A stretch of DNA of 64,000 nt from Bdellovibrionales bacterium (GTDB lineage Bacteria > Bdellovibrionota > Bdellovibrionia > Bdellovibrionales > JAGQZY01), in NCBI GenBank assembly GCA_964230645.1, contig CAXRHT010000002.1, positions 1,568,001 through 1,632,000 of the forward strand, read 5' to 3'. The position numbers and the translations under genes were made by a program. Shown here in pieces: positions 49,335-59,559 of the stretch (the stretch's first letter is position 1; each line of letters starts with the position of its first letter). The notes under the pieces are model-generated. The model did no database searches. It was not told the origin of the DNA and worked only from the letters and a program-made list of their open reading frames with translations.

Positions 49335-50630
49335 ATGCGTTATGTGGTTCTAGTTTCATTGTTGATTTTGGGATGCCAGTCTAAAATTAAGGGCCCCGAA
49401 AGTGAGGGAATCTCCACAACCACTCAAAGTATGGAATTGCCCGAACCCAATCTCAATCATAGCGCTCGACGCTACAGTCGTGTGGTCGGTTGGGAAGAGA
49501 ATAAACCCAATGTTCCAGATGGTTTTGAGGTCATTAAATTCAGTGACGAGTTGAAAAATCCAAGGCGCCTTTTTCAACTGCCCAATGGCGACCTTCTGGT
49601 GGTAGAGGCTGAGAGTCTTTTTAAGAATAAGCAGGACAAAAAAGAATCTTTTCAGAATGGTAAAGTGGGCTCTCAAAACATGGGAAACAGTGCGAACCGT
49701 ATCACCATTTTTCAAGGCTTTAAAAAGAATGGTAAACCTAAAAAACAGAATGTTTTGCTAGAAGGAATCAAACAGCCCTACGGTGTTACTTTCGTAAGAA
49801 ATCATCTCTTTGTGGCAGGTACCGAGGGTGTTTGGAAATTTCCCTACAAACTGGGACAAACGAAAATCAACTTACAATCGGGTAAGAAAATTCTCAACCT
49901 TCCCGCTGGTGGTTACAACAACCATTGGACAAGAAACCTCATTCTGTCTCCTGATCAAAAACATATTTTCATTGCCGTGGGCTCTGCTAGTAATGTTGGT
50001 GAGTACGGCATGAAGGAAGAAAAAAGACGAGCCAATATTTTGAGAATAGACCTAGACGGAAAAAACGAAATCATTTACGCCTCTGGTTTAAGAAACCCCG
50101 TGGGAATGGATTTCTCTTTGACGGGAAAACTCTGGACGGTCGTCAATGAGCGAGACATGATTGGTGATGATCTTGTTCCGGACTATCTCGCCCAACCAAC
50201 AAAAGGTGAATTTTACGGCTGGCCCTATGTTTATTATGCCTCCCATCCTGATCCAAGAATGTATAATAAGCGCCCAAAAAATATGAAAAAGGCCAGCGTT
50301 CCTGAAGTGGCTCTTGGATCCCATACGGCCTCCCTAGGTCTGGGGTTTTACGACAAAAAAGTTTTTCCTCCAAGATATCATGGCGGTGCCTTTATTGGTC
50401 AGCATGGCTCGTGGAATCGTTCAGAACTCGTCGGTTACCAAGTTCTCTTCATTCCATTTAAAAACGGGAAACCTCACGGAAAGGCAGAAGTGTTTATGGA
50501 TGGATTTCTTAAAGATAAGTCCTCTTCCACTGTGTATGGACGCCCTGTCGGAGTTGAGGTTCTCCAGGATGGCAACCTTATGGTGGCCGATGACGCAAGT
50601 AACACCTTATGGCTTGTGCGTAAAAAGTAA
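49335..50630 (+). CDS. L-sorbosone dehydrogenase-family lipoprotein
   Basis: Lipobox ILGC, SANRIT, NNHWTR, VGSASN, GLRNPVG, VNERD, HGSWNRS, GRPVGV. Confidence 0.9.
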   Translation: MRYVVLVSLLILGCQSKIKGPESEGISTTTQSMELPEPNLNHSARRYSRVVGWEENKPNVPDGFEVIKFSDELKNPRRLFQLPNGDLLVVEAESLFKNKQDKKESFQNGKVGSQNMGNSANRITIFQGFKKNGKPKKQNVLLEGIKQPYGVTFVRNHLFVAGTEGVWKFPYKLGQTKINLQSGKKILNLPAGGYNNHWTRNLILSPDQKHIFIAVGSASNVGEYGMKEEKRRANILRIDLDGKNEIIYASGLRNPVGMDFSLTGKLWTVVNERDMIGDDLVPDYLAQPTKGEFYGWPYVYYASHPDPRMYNKRPKNMKKASVPEVALGSHTASLGLGFYDKKVFPPRYHGGAFIGQHGSWNRSELVGYQVLFIPFKNGKPHGKAEVFMDGFLKDKSSSTVYGRPVGVEVLQDGNLMVADDASNTLWLVRKK

Positions 50631-50675
50631 GGCAGCGTTTACAAAATTGGATTCGTCGTTAATAACACTAGCTCC

Positions 50676-53252
50676 GTGGCGTTTTTATTAGTCTTCTCTA
50701 TTCTGTTTTCAAGTCTCATGGCTTGGGCTGACTCCCCTAAAGATATCGAGAGTATCGAGGTTCTGGGTTCTCGCATGGGCCGCTTTGAGAATGAATCCTT
50801 TGAAACCGACCTTATTATTGACCGAGATGCCATAAAAAAAGCCGGCTATCGACAAGTCTCTGACCTCTTGCGAGATCTTTCATTGACCTCTTTTGGTGCG
50901 GACCGAGAGCTCTCCGTAGAAAGTGGCACGGGCACTGGATCTTTGAGTTCCTCACTAAATGGGCTCTCAGGAGATAAAATTCTTGTGCTACTTAATGGTC
51001 AAAGACTGATGGATACTTTTGGTGAGGGGCTTACTGATATCTCCTTATTCCCTGTGGATTTCATCCAACGAGTGGAGATTTTAAAAGGCACCGCCTCTTC
51101 ACTCTACGGACCTGATGCCATTGCCGGTGTAATCAATATTGTTACTCGAACGGCTGGGGATGGTTTTGAGTTTAATTTCAGTGAACATTTACCCGAGCAA
51201 CCCGGAGGAAGAACTGAAAAGATAAGTGCAAGTTGGGGCACTTTGAAAAACAACTATTCCCTTTTTACGGGTGTGCAGTGGAGAAAGTCACAAGGTATTC
51301 GTAGCCAAGACCGAAGTTTTTCTAAAACCAAACCGAAAGATTTTAGTCCGACCGGAAGCCCTGGTAGTTGGCGTCCTGTGGGTGAGAGTCAATGGAATGC
51401 AGACCCTTCTTGCCCCGATGATTTGATTCTTCCTCCAGACAATCCCGCCGGTGGAGGACGTTGTAGTTTTGATTATTCACAATACTCTGTCTTAACGGCT
51501 GACGTGGAACAGGTTTCTCCTTTCGTTTCTTTTGATGTTAATCTTAGCGATCGGTTGCAGTGGTTTACCAGGGGCCTTTTTAACCACAGAACCAGTCACT
51601 CGACACTAGCACCGGCATGGGGAGGTTTCAGGCAGGCGAGCACGCCTGGGGAAACCAATTATACCATTCCGGCTTCTGTTGCCGCTGATTGGGGTCTTGA
51701 CACCGAAGGGTCGAATATCGAAGTGGCTTATCGCCTCACTGAAGAGGCCGGAGTGCGAAAGCGGGAAATCAAAACTCAGCAATTTTCACTACAGACAGGA
51801 CTTGTATTATCAAGTCTATCCTCTTGGGAAAATCAGATTGTGTTTACCTACAACGAGGCCGAAGTCACTAACACCGGGACATCCGGCTATGCTCTTAAAA
51901 ATCGCCTGTATGATCTGGCAACCGATGATCCTTCTCTTTTCAATCCTTTCGCTCCCAGTAGTAACAAGAGCGATATTTCCACAACTCTTTACACACCTGA
52001 GCAAAGATTCACCTCAACGCTAGGTTCAGCGTCTTACCTGACCACCGCAGAGATTTTGGAAAATTGGCAGGGGCCTGTTTATTTTGCATTAGAGGTATCT
52101 TCCCACTGGCAAAACTTCGAAGCTCGCAGTGATATATTATCGAGAATTGAGGACCCTTGGGGAGAGCTGAGTACAAATAACTCTCAAGGACATCGCAACT
52201 TTCAATCTTTGAGCAATGAATGGCAATTGCAACTTTTAGAAAAACTGTATTCCCAGATAACTCTGCGCTACGACTACTTTTCTGATTTCGGCTCTACTTT
52301 TAATCCCTCCCTAGGTTTCAGCTACAAAATTTCGCCAAGTTGGAGCTTAAGTTCCTCAATCAGTCGTGGTTATAAAGCCCCAAGTCTGCAAAGCTTGAAT
52401 CAAAATCAACAGCAAGGTTTGCAGTTTGGGGTCGATTACACCCAGTGTGAAAATTCAGGAGATCCGGAGAATCCCGCCTGTAGCCGGATTCAGATTCCTG
52501 TGATTTCCGGTGGCAATTCCGATCTTGATGAGACCACCTCGAAGGCTTTTCGCTTTGAAGTAACATATAATAACCAACGAGACACGAGCGTTAAGCTTGA
52601 TTTCTTTAATATCAAACTTGAAGACATTGTCTATGCCCCTTCAATGAGAGATGTGCTAAGAGCTGAAAATGAACGAGGAGCCAACTACCTTTCAGAATAT
52701 GGAATGGAAGTTCGTCGCGATAGCGCGGGAAATATCCAGTCAGTTTTTGCTCCAAATGTTAATCTTTCCCAAAAAGAGGTGTCGGGTTTAAATTTTTCTT
52801 TTCGCACCCATTGGAATTTGAGCCAGAGCTATGAACTTGGGTTTCAGACATTACACTCTCACCTGTTAAAACTAAACACCCAAGTGTTTCCGGGCTTTAT
52901 TTCTGAGGATCGACTGGGCTGGAGCGGATCGCCTCAATGGCGAAATTTAAGCCAACTTTATCTCGCAAAAAATGTTCATCGTATCGAATGGCAGACCGTT
53001 ACAATTGCAGGACAAAGAAAGAATCCATTTATCCCAGGCTGCTGTGGGAGAATCCCCACCTATACGCGACACGACCTCTTTTACAGTCACTATGATCTTC
53101 TCAAATCCACTCTAAGGTTGGGTGTTAGAAATATTCTAGGAACCCTCCCCCCTACTGATGACACCTTCCACGGCCAAGCCGGATACCTCAATACTAATTT
53201 ATACGATCCTAGAGGACGAACCTTCTTTGTCGATTTGCTGGTTCCCTTTTAA
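50676..53252 (+). CDS. TonB-dependent outer-membrane receptor
   Basis: IEVLGSR TonB-box region, LVLLNGQR, RVEILKG.AS.LYG.DAIAGVINIVT plug, RYD.FSDFG, GVRNI, YDPRGRTFF...F. Confidence 0.92.
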   Translation: MAFLLVFSILFSSLMAWADSPKDIESIEVLGSRMGRFENESFETDLIIDRDAIKKAGYRQVSDLLRDLSLTSFGADRELSVESGTGTGSLSSSLNGLSGDKILVLLNGQRLMDTFGEGLTDISLFPVDFIQRVEILKGTASSLYGPDAIAGVINIVTRTAGDGFEFNFSEHLPEQPGGRTEKISASWGTLKNNYSLFTGVQWRKSQGIRSQDRSFSKTKPKDFSPTGSPGSWRPVGESQWNADPSCPDDLILPPDNPAGGGRCSFDYSQYSVLTADVEQVSPFVSFDVNLSDRLQWFTRGLFNHRTSHSTLAPAWGGFRQASTPGETNYTIPASVAADWGLDTEGSNIEVAYRLTEEAGVRKREIKTQQFSLQTGLVLSSLSSWENQIVFTYNEAEVTNTGTSGYALKNRLYDLATDDPSLFNPFAPSSNKSDISTTLYTPEQRFTSTLGSASYLTTAEILENWQGPVYFALEVSSHWQNFEARSDILSRIEDPWGELSTNNSQGHRNFQSLSNEWQLQLLEKLYSQITLRYDYFSDFGSTFNPSLGFSYKISPSWSLSSSISRGYKAPSLQSLNQNQQQGLQFGVDYTQCENSGDPENPACSRIQIPVISGGNSDLDETTSKAFRFEVTYNNQRDTSVKLDFFNIKLEDIVYAPSMRDVLRAENERGANYLSEYGMEVRRDSAGNIQSVFAPNVNLSQKEVSGLNFSFRTHWNLSQSYELGFQTLHSHLLKLNTQVFPGFISEDRLGWSGSPQWRNLSQLYLAKNVHRIEWQTVTIAGQRKNPFIPGCCGRIPTYTRHDLFYSHYDLLKSTLRLGVRNILGTLPPTDDTFHGQAGYLNTNLYDPRGRTFFVDLLVPF

Positions 53253-53313
53253 CAAAAAACTCATCGACTTTTTAAAGTTAATAATTGATGATAGCCATTG
53301 ATTGTGAGGCCTT

Positions 53314-53826
53314 ATGATACTTTTAGTGGCGGGCTCCACCGGAGCCGGCAAAACAACTTACGCAAAAAAAATAGCCCATCAACGCAAAGCACTCGTCTAT
53401 TCCATAGATAATTGGGTTCAAAAAATATTCGGACCTGATATGCCCGAAGTTCCTGCCCCTCAGTGGTTTTTTGAGAATCAGAACTGGTATGTGGAAAGAC
53501 TCCATCGCTGCGAAGCTATGATTCGTGAGTTGGCGACCGAACGAGCGCAGCTTGGACACAGTAGTATTCTTGATTTGGGCTTTACTACAAAAGAGCATAG
53601 AGTGGCTTTCATAGAATATTTTAAAAAACTTAATATTCGGGTGGAAACTCATTTTTTAGACGTTGCCGCTGAAGAAAGAAAAGCTCGAGTGGAAAAGCGA
53701 AACCAAGAAAAGGGAGACACTTTTGTGATGGAGGTTGATGACTCTCTTTTCAGTTTTATGGAAAGTATTTTTGAACCTCCAACAAAAGAAGAAGGCTGTC
53801 CCCTTAAAGTCATAAAGGAAATTTGA
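53314..53826 (+). CDS. P-loop small-molecule kinase-like protein (AAA_33-type)
   Basis: GSTGAGKTT, SID.W, ILDLGF, R..R...RN, FEPP. Confidence 0.8.
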   Translation: MILLVAGSTGAGKTTYAKKIAHQRKALVYSIDNWVQKIFGPDMPEVPAPQWFFENQNWYVERLHRCEAMIRELATERAQLGHSSILDLGFTTKEHRVAFIEYFKKLNIRVETHFLDVAAEERKARVEKRNQEKGDTFVMEVDDSLFSFMESIFEPPTKEEGCPLKVIKEI

Positions 53827-53849
53827 GTTAAAAAATCGAGTATGGAGTC

Positions 53850-54455
53850 ATGAGCGAAATTTTTACTTATATTGATTACATTGGAACCATCGTTTTTGCG
53901 ATCACAGGGGCTTCTATTGCCGCAAGATTGGGCTTTGACTTTTTTGGCATGCTCTTTTTAGCTTTTGTAACAGCCGTTGGCGGAGGAACGGTTCGAGACC
54001 TTATAATTTCGGAAACTGTTTTTTGGACAATCGACCCAGTTTATCTCTATTTAATTTTTGGGGCGAGTCTCTCTACCTTTTTCTTAAAAAACTTTTATGA
54101 AAAACAAGCCGCACTTTTGCTTTTCATCGACACTCTGGGAGTGGGAACTTATGTGGTGATTGGTACTCAGAAAACTTTGATGAAAGGTTTCAATGGAGAG
54201 ACGGCCGTTATAATGGGGACGATCAGTGCGGTTTTAGGAGGAATTCTACGCTCCGCTTTTTCTAAGGAGTTTTCAATCCTTGCAAACAGAGAGCTCTATG
54301 CAACCGTGGCAGGGATTGCCGCACTTTTATACGTGGGCCTTTATCACCTTGAAGTCGGTGGCAATGTCAACGCGATTGCAACGATCTCCTCGACTTTTCT
54401 TGTGCGATACACTGCTCTTCGTTACAAAATACTCATGCCATCCGTTAAAAATTAA
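53850..54455 (+). CDS. Trimeric intracellular cation channel family (YadS/UPF0126) protein
   Basis: GTIVFAITGA, TAVGGGTVRD, D.LG, GGILR, ELYAT duplicated repeat. Confidence 0.9.
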   Translation: MSEIFTYIDYIGTIVFAITGASIAARLGFDFFGMLFLAFVTAVGGGTVRDLIISETVFWTIDPVYLYLIFGASLSTFFLKNFYEKQAALLLFIDTLGVGTYVVIGTQKTLMKGFNGETAVIMGTISAVLGGILRSAFSKEFSILANRELYATVAGIAALLYVGLYHLEVGGNVNAIATISSTFLVRYTALRYKILMPSVKN

Positions 54456-54472
54456 CTTAAAGGGAAAGACCT

Positions 54473-54913
54473 ATGAATTTCGCGCAATTTTTGGAACAGA
54501 TCTATGGTGTAAAACCAAAACAACCGGATCAATTTGGCGATTGGCTGGGATACGAAATTCAAAGTGTGGACCGTAACAAAAACGAAGTTACGACTGCTCT
54601 TACTGTTCGGGCCGATCATCTTTCACCCAGTGGCGCAGTTCACGGCGGAGTGATTTCCGGTTTTCTTGATTTTAGTTGTGGCTGTGCCGTATTTTCGACT
54701 GTAGAGAAACATGAGCTCTGCTCCACCGTTGAACTTAATGTAAAATATTTTAAGCCATTGAAAAAAGGGCATAAACTTATGGCTAATGCTCGCGTGGTAA
54801 ATAGAGGAAAAACCCTCTGCAGTGTGCTAGCAGAACTTTATTTAACCGATGACATTAAGCACCCTGTGGCGATGGCAACAGGCACTTTTAATATCTACGA
54901 GCGAAAATCTTAA
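54473..54913 (+). CDS. PaaI-family thioesterase
   Basis: HL.P.GAVHGG...G.LD, TVELNVKYFKP, A.ATGTF. Confidence 0.9.
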   Translation: MNFAQFLEQIYGVKPKQPDQFGDWLGYEIQSVDRNKNEVTTALTVRADHLSPSGAVHGGVISGFLDFSCGCAVFSTVEKHELCSTVELNVKYFKPLKKGHKLMANARVVNRGKTLCSVLAELYLTDDIKHPVAMATGTFNIYERKS

Positions 54914-54935
54914 ACTCATAGGAAAGAGACCTCTA

Positions 54936-55307
54936 ATGAAATTGACCCTTCTCGACGGTATTTATTGCGTTTGCCGTCTACCGCCTCATGAATCCATCCC
55001 CGATAATATTTTGCAAAGTACTTTTTACTCGATCTCAAAAACTACAGATGAGCTCTCAATAGTTTGCCTGGAAAATTTAGCTCCACAGCAGGCGAAAATA
55101 GAGAAATCTTGGTCAATTATCCAAGTTCAAGGTCCCCTTGATTTTAGTCTCACCGGAATTCTCGCCTCTTTAGCCACACCTCTGGCTGAAGAAAAGATCA
55201 GTCTTTTTGCCATCTCAACCTTTGATACTGACTATATACTGGTAAAAAACAAAGACATAGATTCTGCGAAATCTGTCCTACAAAAAGCTCAGTTCAAATT
55301 TGTTTGA
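54936..55307 (+). CDS. ACT-domain protein
   Basis: SI.KT.DELSIVC, GPLDFSLTGILA, ISLFAISTFDTDYILV. Confidence 0.9.
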   Translation: MKLTLLDGIYCVCRLPPHESIPDNILQSTFYSISKTTDELSIVCLENLAPQQAKIEKSWSIIQVQGPLDFSLTGILASLATPLAEEKISLFAISTFDTDYILVKNKDIDSAKSVLQKAQFKFV

Positions 55308-55403
55308 AGATAGCAAGACTCCCTCTTGTCTACTTCCCGCACACTAGAGAAGATTTTTCAATTCCCCTTAAATCACAGACTTTATTTTCGTAGGATCAGG
55401 CCT

Positions 55404-56786
55404 ATGCTAAAAAGCCTTCAACTTTTATTGTTTTTACTCATCATGGGTGAAAGCTCCCGAGTATACGGAAACCTACAATGTCTTTCCTTGTTTCAACACG
55501 TAAGTGCTTTAAAGTATTTTACTCCCGGGTACGCCCTTCCTGATATTCGGTGGCGGCCTCCTTATACAAAAACAGCCCTTCCCTTTCAAATGAGTCAAAA
55601 TGGTGATTTTGCCCTGATCAATGGACTCGAAAAGGGTCTTCCAACTTTAAGACTAAACAGCAGAGAGCAAGGCACTCGTTCCGTTTTAAAAATTGTTGGA
55701 AATCCAATAATATTCTCTGATTTTATCTCCTGGAGTGAAGAAAAAGCCATCCTTGTAAATTATATTCCCGAGGGTGAAAACACTCCGATTACTGAAATAT
55801 ATGACTTCACTGGGAGTAAACTCCATAATTTGGACTTTTCTGACCTCACACAGGCACTTGGGCCCCGAGAGCTTTTTATCACTGAACTTTCCATGCACTC
55901 TCAAAGTGGAAACCTCATTGCAACTCTGGCAGGCCGTGAGGTCTTTACTATTTCTCAGCCCTCAGGAGAAATAACCCCTAGGCTTTCGAGTAACGAACTC
56001 CCCTTTACTCATTCAGTCTCCCTTTCTCATCGGCGAGACTACTCTGTTGAAGCCCTAAAGAGCAACGAGCACGAGGGAGTGAAAAAAATAGATTATACCA
56101 AAGAAGGTCAGGTCCTTTTTTCTTGGGTCCCAGAGAACGCGGGCGGAGTCAAAAATTACGACTTTGCTGCTACCCAAGACTTTCTCGTTTCTCCCATTTT
56201 CTCCTGGGATCCAACGGGACGGCGTATCCTCACCTTAGACAAACAAAGCGGTGAATTTGTAGTTCATGACTTTGAATCGGAGACGGTTGTGATCGAAAAA
56301 CCTCCAATGGTGGATTTAGCTGTGCTCAGACCAAAAATACCCACCGTAGCTCAAGCTCGTTTTTTAACCCGAGACTCTTTAGTCATCATAAAGCAAACCG
56401 ACCGTGGCTATCCTGACACTGGCGAAGACCAGACGCCGGGTAACACGCCTCGAAAACTAGAATTGGAATTCGTAGTCACCCACTTGGGTGAGGATTCTCA
56501 AGCTTCGCAACGAGCCTCTGTATTGATTGATTATAATCAACAACCACATCATGGCATTGAAAAAACCTTCTGGCTCCCAACTTCTCAAAAAATCGTGGGA
56601 GTTTTTGGAGATAGTGTGGTGGTTTATGATAAGGAAACAAATACCGCTGAAAGAGTCGATCAGCCAGACTCTCAAATGGATCGGTCCCATAAACCCCGCT
56701 TTCGTATTCTATTTGCACGCCAAGTTGGAAATAGCGAGATTGAAACTTTTGATCTTGCGCGCGGAAGGCGACTATGGAGATTTTAA
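55404..56786 (+). CDS. Secreted hypothetical protein, probably beta-propeller
   Basis: Signal peptide followed by QCLSLF; WD40-like fragments (SQNGDFAL, SWDPTGRRIL, VVVYD). Confidence 0.6.
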   Translation: MLKSLQLLLFLLIMGESSRVYGNLQCLSLFQHVSALKYFTPGYALPDIRWRPPYTKTALPFQMSQNGDFALINGLEKGLPTLRLNSREQGTRSVLKIVGNPIIFSDFISWSEEKAILVNYIPEGENTPITEIYDFTGSKLHNLDFSDLTQALGPRELFITELSMHSQSGNLIATLAGREVFTISQPSGEITPRLSSNELPFTHSVSLSHRRDYSVEALKSNEHEGVKKIDYTKEGQVLFSWVPENAGGVKNYDFAATQDFLVSPIFSWDPTGRRILTLDKQSGEFVVHDFESETVVIEKPPMVDLAVLRPKIPTVAQARFLTRDSLVIIKQTDRGYPDTGEDQTPGNTPRKLELEFVVTHLGEDSQASQRASVLIDYNQQPHHGIEKTFWLPTSQKIVGVFGDSVVVYDKETNTAERVDQPDSQMDRSHKPRFRILFARQVGNSEIETFDLARGRRLWRF

Positions 56787-57772
56787 AGTTTAGCGGAAAA
56801 GGTCAGCACGTTCTCCACTCGGCGACTATGGGAATAGGGAGAGAACATATAAGGAATCGCTTCTAAATTCTGCGCGCAAAGAGTGAAACCCTTTTTTTTG
56901 ATAATATGCAGAGCCTCTTCTGTGCTATAGCAAAGACGAAGCTGGTCTGAATTAAAACCAAGAGGACCGTAATTAACCCACTTTGTTTTTTCATTACTGA
57001 TTTTTTTTATAACTTCACAGGTGTCAGCTAAATCCATATCAATGACATCGATCAACCAAGGCGTCAGAATCATATCGTAGTCTTCATTAGAAAAATCGTG
57101 AGTCCTAGCATCAGCTAAAAGAAATTCAAAGTGATCGTAGGCTTTAGGTGCTTTGAGTTTTTGAATCATTCCCACATAATCCTTACTAGCCGGCATGTAG
57201 GGAAATTCCACCATTTCTATTTCTTCGCCCTGGATAATGCGTTGGCTCGCCATTAATAAAAGAGGATTGATGTCAACGAGCTTGATCTTCTCTAATTGTA
57301 GAGCCTCATTCAAGTCATAGGCTAACCGCCCCGCTCCACTGCCTAGGACCAACAGACTTTTTGGCTTAAATCCCTCCGGTAGAATATTGAGAACTTTTTC
57401 ACAGGCTCGTTTGTTTTCTTCTTCCCCCCAAATCCAGTCGCGAAAGAGATAATCATAATTAACAAGCATCATACTTTTTTCTGGGTTATTCGAAACATAC
57501 TGGGCGTATTTCTGATCTTGTACAGATGCCCAACCAAGAGGCTTAAGAAACTCACTTAAATACACTAAATGAGTCTCAGTCATTTCAAGGTGGCGTTTTA
57601 ATCGATCCCTAGTAAGCTTCATCATATTTGAGATCTGCAATTGCTCTTTGATGCGATTGCGAATTTGGGAGTAATTGCCGATCGCTTTTAAGGACTCAAA
57701 GGCCCATTTGACCTTGGTTTCGTCGTTGTCCGCAAAAGAAATAGAAATTCCATCCAAGCTGTCTTTAGGCAT
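56783..57772 (-). CDS. Class I SAM methyltransferase resembling N2227/carnosine N-methyltransferase
   Basis: LFRDW...E, LVLGSGAGRLAYDL, D.ILTPWLID, WVNYGPL, YSTEE, PY. Confidence 0.7.
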   Translation of the reverse strand: MPKDSLDGISISFADNDETKVKWAFESLKAIGNYSQIRNRIKEQLQISNMMKLTRDRLKRHLEMTETHLVYLSEFLKPLGWASVQDQKYAQYVSNNPEKSMMLVNYDYLFRDWIWGEEENKRACEKVLNILPEGFKPKSLLVLGSGAGRLAYDLNEALQLEKIKLVDINPLLLMASQRIIQGEEIEMVEFPYMPASKDYVGMIQKLKAPKAYDHFEFLLADARTHDFSNEDYDMILTPWLIDVIDMDLADTCEVIKKISNEKTKWVNYGPLGFNSDQLRLCYSTEEALHIIKKKGFTLCAQNLEAIPYMFSPYSHSRRVENVLTFSAKL

Positions 57773-57811
57773 AAAGACATTATAGGAACTAATGGAGGCT
57801 TTTCAAAGCCT

Positions 57812-59554
57812 TTATTCGGAAACTCTTTTCAAGCGGAACTGTTTAGAGGCAGGCACTCTCAAAAGCAATTCCTTGAGAGACCCACCCTCTTCATTTACGG
57901 ACACACGCATTTGTTCAAGCTGACAACCGTCTGCTTGCACATCAGGAGCCTTGCTGTAAACGAACTCGTAAAATGTTGTCACAAAGCAGCGCTCTGCCGC
58001 ACCACTTTCGGCGATAGCGTGACTGTAATCAACGGGAGAACTAAAGGTTTGCCCCACTGTTTCCGGTGTAATTCTTGGTTGCACAAAGGAATCAACGGGA
58101 TGCTCCTGCAGCAAAGTACCACTTTCTGGATCGAAGATTTTTTCATGCAAACGGAAGCGCCCAAAACTGTCGTAGTTCTCAAGAGCAAAGCCTGTGTCAT
58201 TGATCTTGTCGTGGCAGACCATGCAACTCTCATGACTTGTTTTGTTGGCCACCCGCTGACGTGTGGTCTTATGTTGATCAAAGGGTATCGCTCGTAACTC
58301 AAATATTTCTGCTGGAGGCGATGGTAGAGGATCACACAAAAGATCGTGTCGTATATGTATACCTCGAGTGATTGGTTTTGATAAACTCCCTTGGTTAGCA
58401 AGAAAAGCCGCTCTAGTTACCAGTCCCGCCCTTTGCCCCTCAGGAAATCGAACAAGATTGTTAGCAGAACCATCCCATACAGGAACGCCATAGACTTTCG
58501 CTAAATCCTCATCGATAGCAAATGAGATATCAGAGGTGAAAAGATCGGAATATTTTCCTGGATTGGTAAAAGTATAATACTCCACCATTTCATGAATTTC
58601 GTTGCGGACACTTTGCCTTGTTAAACTGTCACCAGCGGCGTAGTTTTGCATAAGGGTATTGGCCTGGTGATCTGGTAAAGTTAGCTCATCAATTTTAAGC
58701 CATTGATCAAAAAAGCTTTTCATTAGTCCCGACATCTCACCGCGATGGGCCTGCTGATCGAGTCTTTTTAATTCTGCTTCAACTCCTGCTTGTGTGGCTA
58801 ACTTTCCACTGTCGGCGGCCGCTAAAAGCTCATCATCGGGCATAGTGTCTAGTAGAAAATAAGAAATTCGGCTGGCTAAGGCGTGATCTGTAATCTCATG
58901 CAGCCCTCCACCTAAATCTTTTTTGGTGTCTTCAATATGCATAAAAAACTTAGGGCTTGCTAACATGCGAGCGATCAACCATTTCGCGGTGGAGTCGGTG
59001 TAGGAAGAAAGATCATTATTAAGATCTTGAACTTCTTCTGTGGATAGGGGGCGTCTAAAAATTTTCTTACCCATTGTGCTGGCGAATTGATTCACACAAG
59101 TGGCGTTTACTTCACCACCCACTGCACATTCACCGATGAATTGTCTCAGGCGGGTATTATTGGCCACGATATAATCACTGTAGGCTAAACTCACCTCAAC
59201 AATGGCGTCAGTCAGCTGCTGAGAAACGAAATTGGAGTTCTCACTAAAACGACTATCTATATTTGTATCATCTGGGATAAGATCAAGCTTATTGCTTAAG
59301 GCAGACATTAAGCCTTGTTGATCACTGGAACTTAAAACTTTTCCGAGGTCTTTTAATGTATTGATATACTCCCTTTTAGTCAGTCGACGGGTATTTGAAA
59401 CGGTCGGCAGAGCTGTGGGATCACATTGGAATTTCTCTTGAGCACTTGAGAAGCCCTCATGAAATTTCTCGTTCATTACAAAACCACCGCAGTTTTGATA
59501 AAGGGGCAAAAGTAAAATGAGTAACAGTAGATTGTACTTTCTAAACATCGACAT
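57812..59554 (-). CDS. DUF1592/DUF1588/DUF1595-type protein with a CxxCH motif
   Basis: YQNC signal end, RRLTKREYINTL, FRRPLS, LASP.F, LASRISYFL...PDDELL.AA, RAGLVT, PITRG, CMVCH, GFALENYD..G.FR. Confidence 0.85.
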   Translation of the reverse strand: MSMFRKYNLLLLILLLPLYQNCGGFVMNEKFHEGFSSAQEKFQCDPTALPTVSNTRRLTKREYINTLKDLGKVLSSSDQQGLMSALSNKLDLIPDDTNIDSRFSENSNFVSQQLTDAIVEVSLAYSDYIVANNTRLRQFIGECAVGGEVNATCVNQFASTMGKKIFRRPLSTEEVQDLNNDLSSYTDSTAKWLIARMLASPKFFMHIEDTKKDLGGGLHEITDHALASRISYFLLDTMPDDELLAAADSGKLATQAGVEAELKRLDQQAHRGEMSGLMKSFFDQWLKIDELTLPDHQANTLMQNYAAGDSLTRQSVRNEIHEMVEYYTFTNPGKYSDLFTSDISFAIDEDLAKVYGVPVWDGSANNLVRFPEGQRAGLVTRAAFLANQGSLSKPITRGIHIRHDLLCDPLPSPPAEIFELRAIPFDQHKTTRQRVANKTSHESCMVCHDKINDTGFALENYDSFGRFRLHEKIFDPESGTLLQEHPVDSFVQPRITPETVGQTFSSPVDYSHAIAESGAAERCFVTTFYEFVYSKAPDVQADGCQLEQMRVSVNEEGGSLKELLLRVPASKQFRLKRVSE

Positions 59555-59559
59555 CTCCC

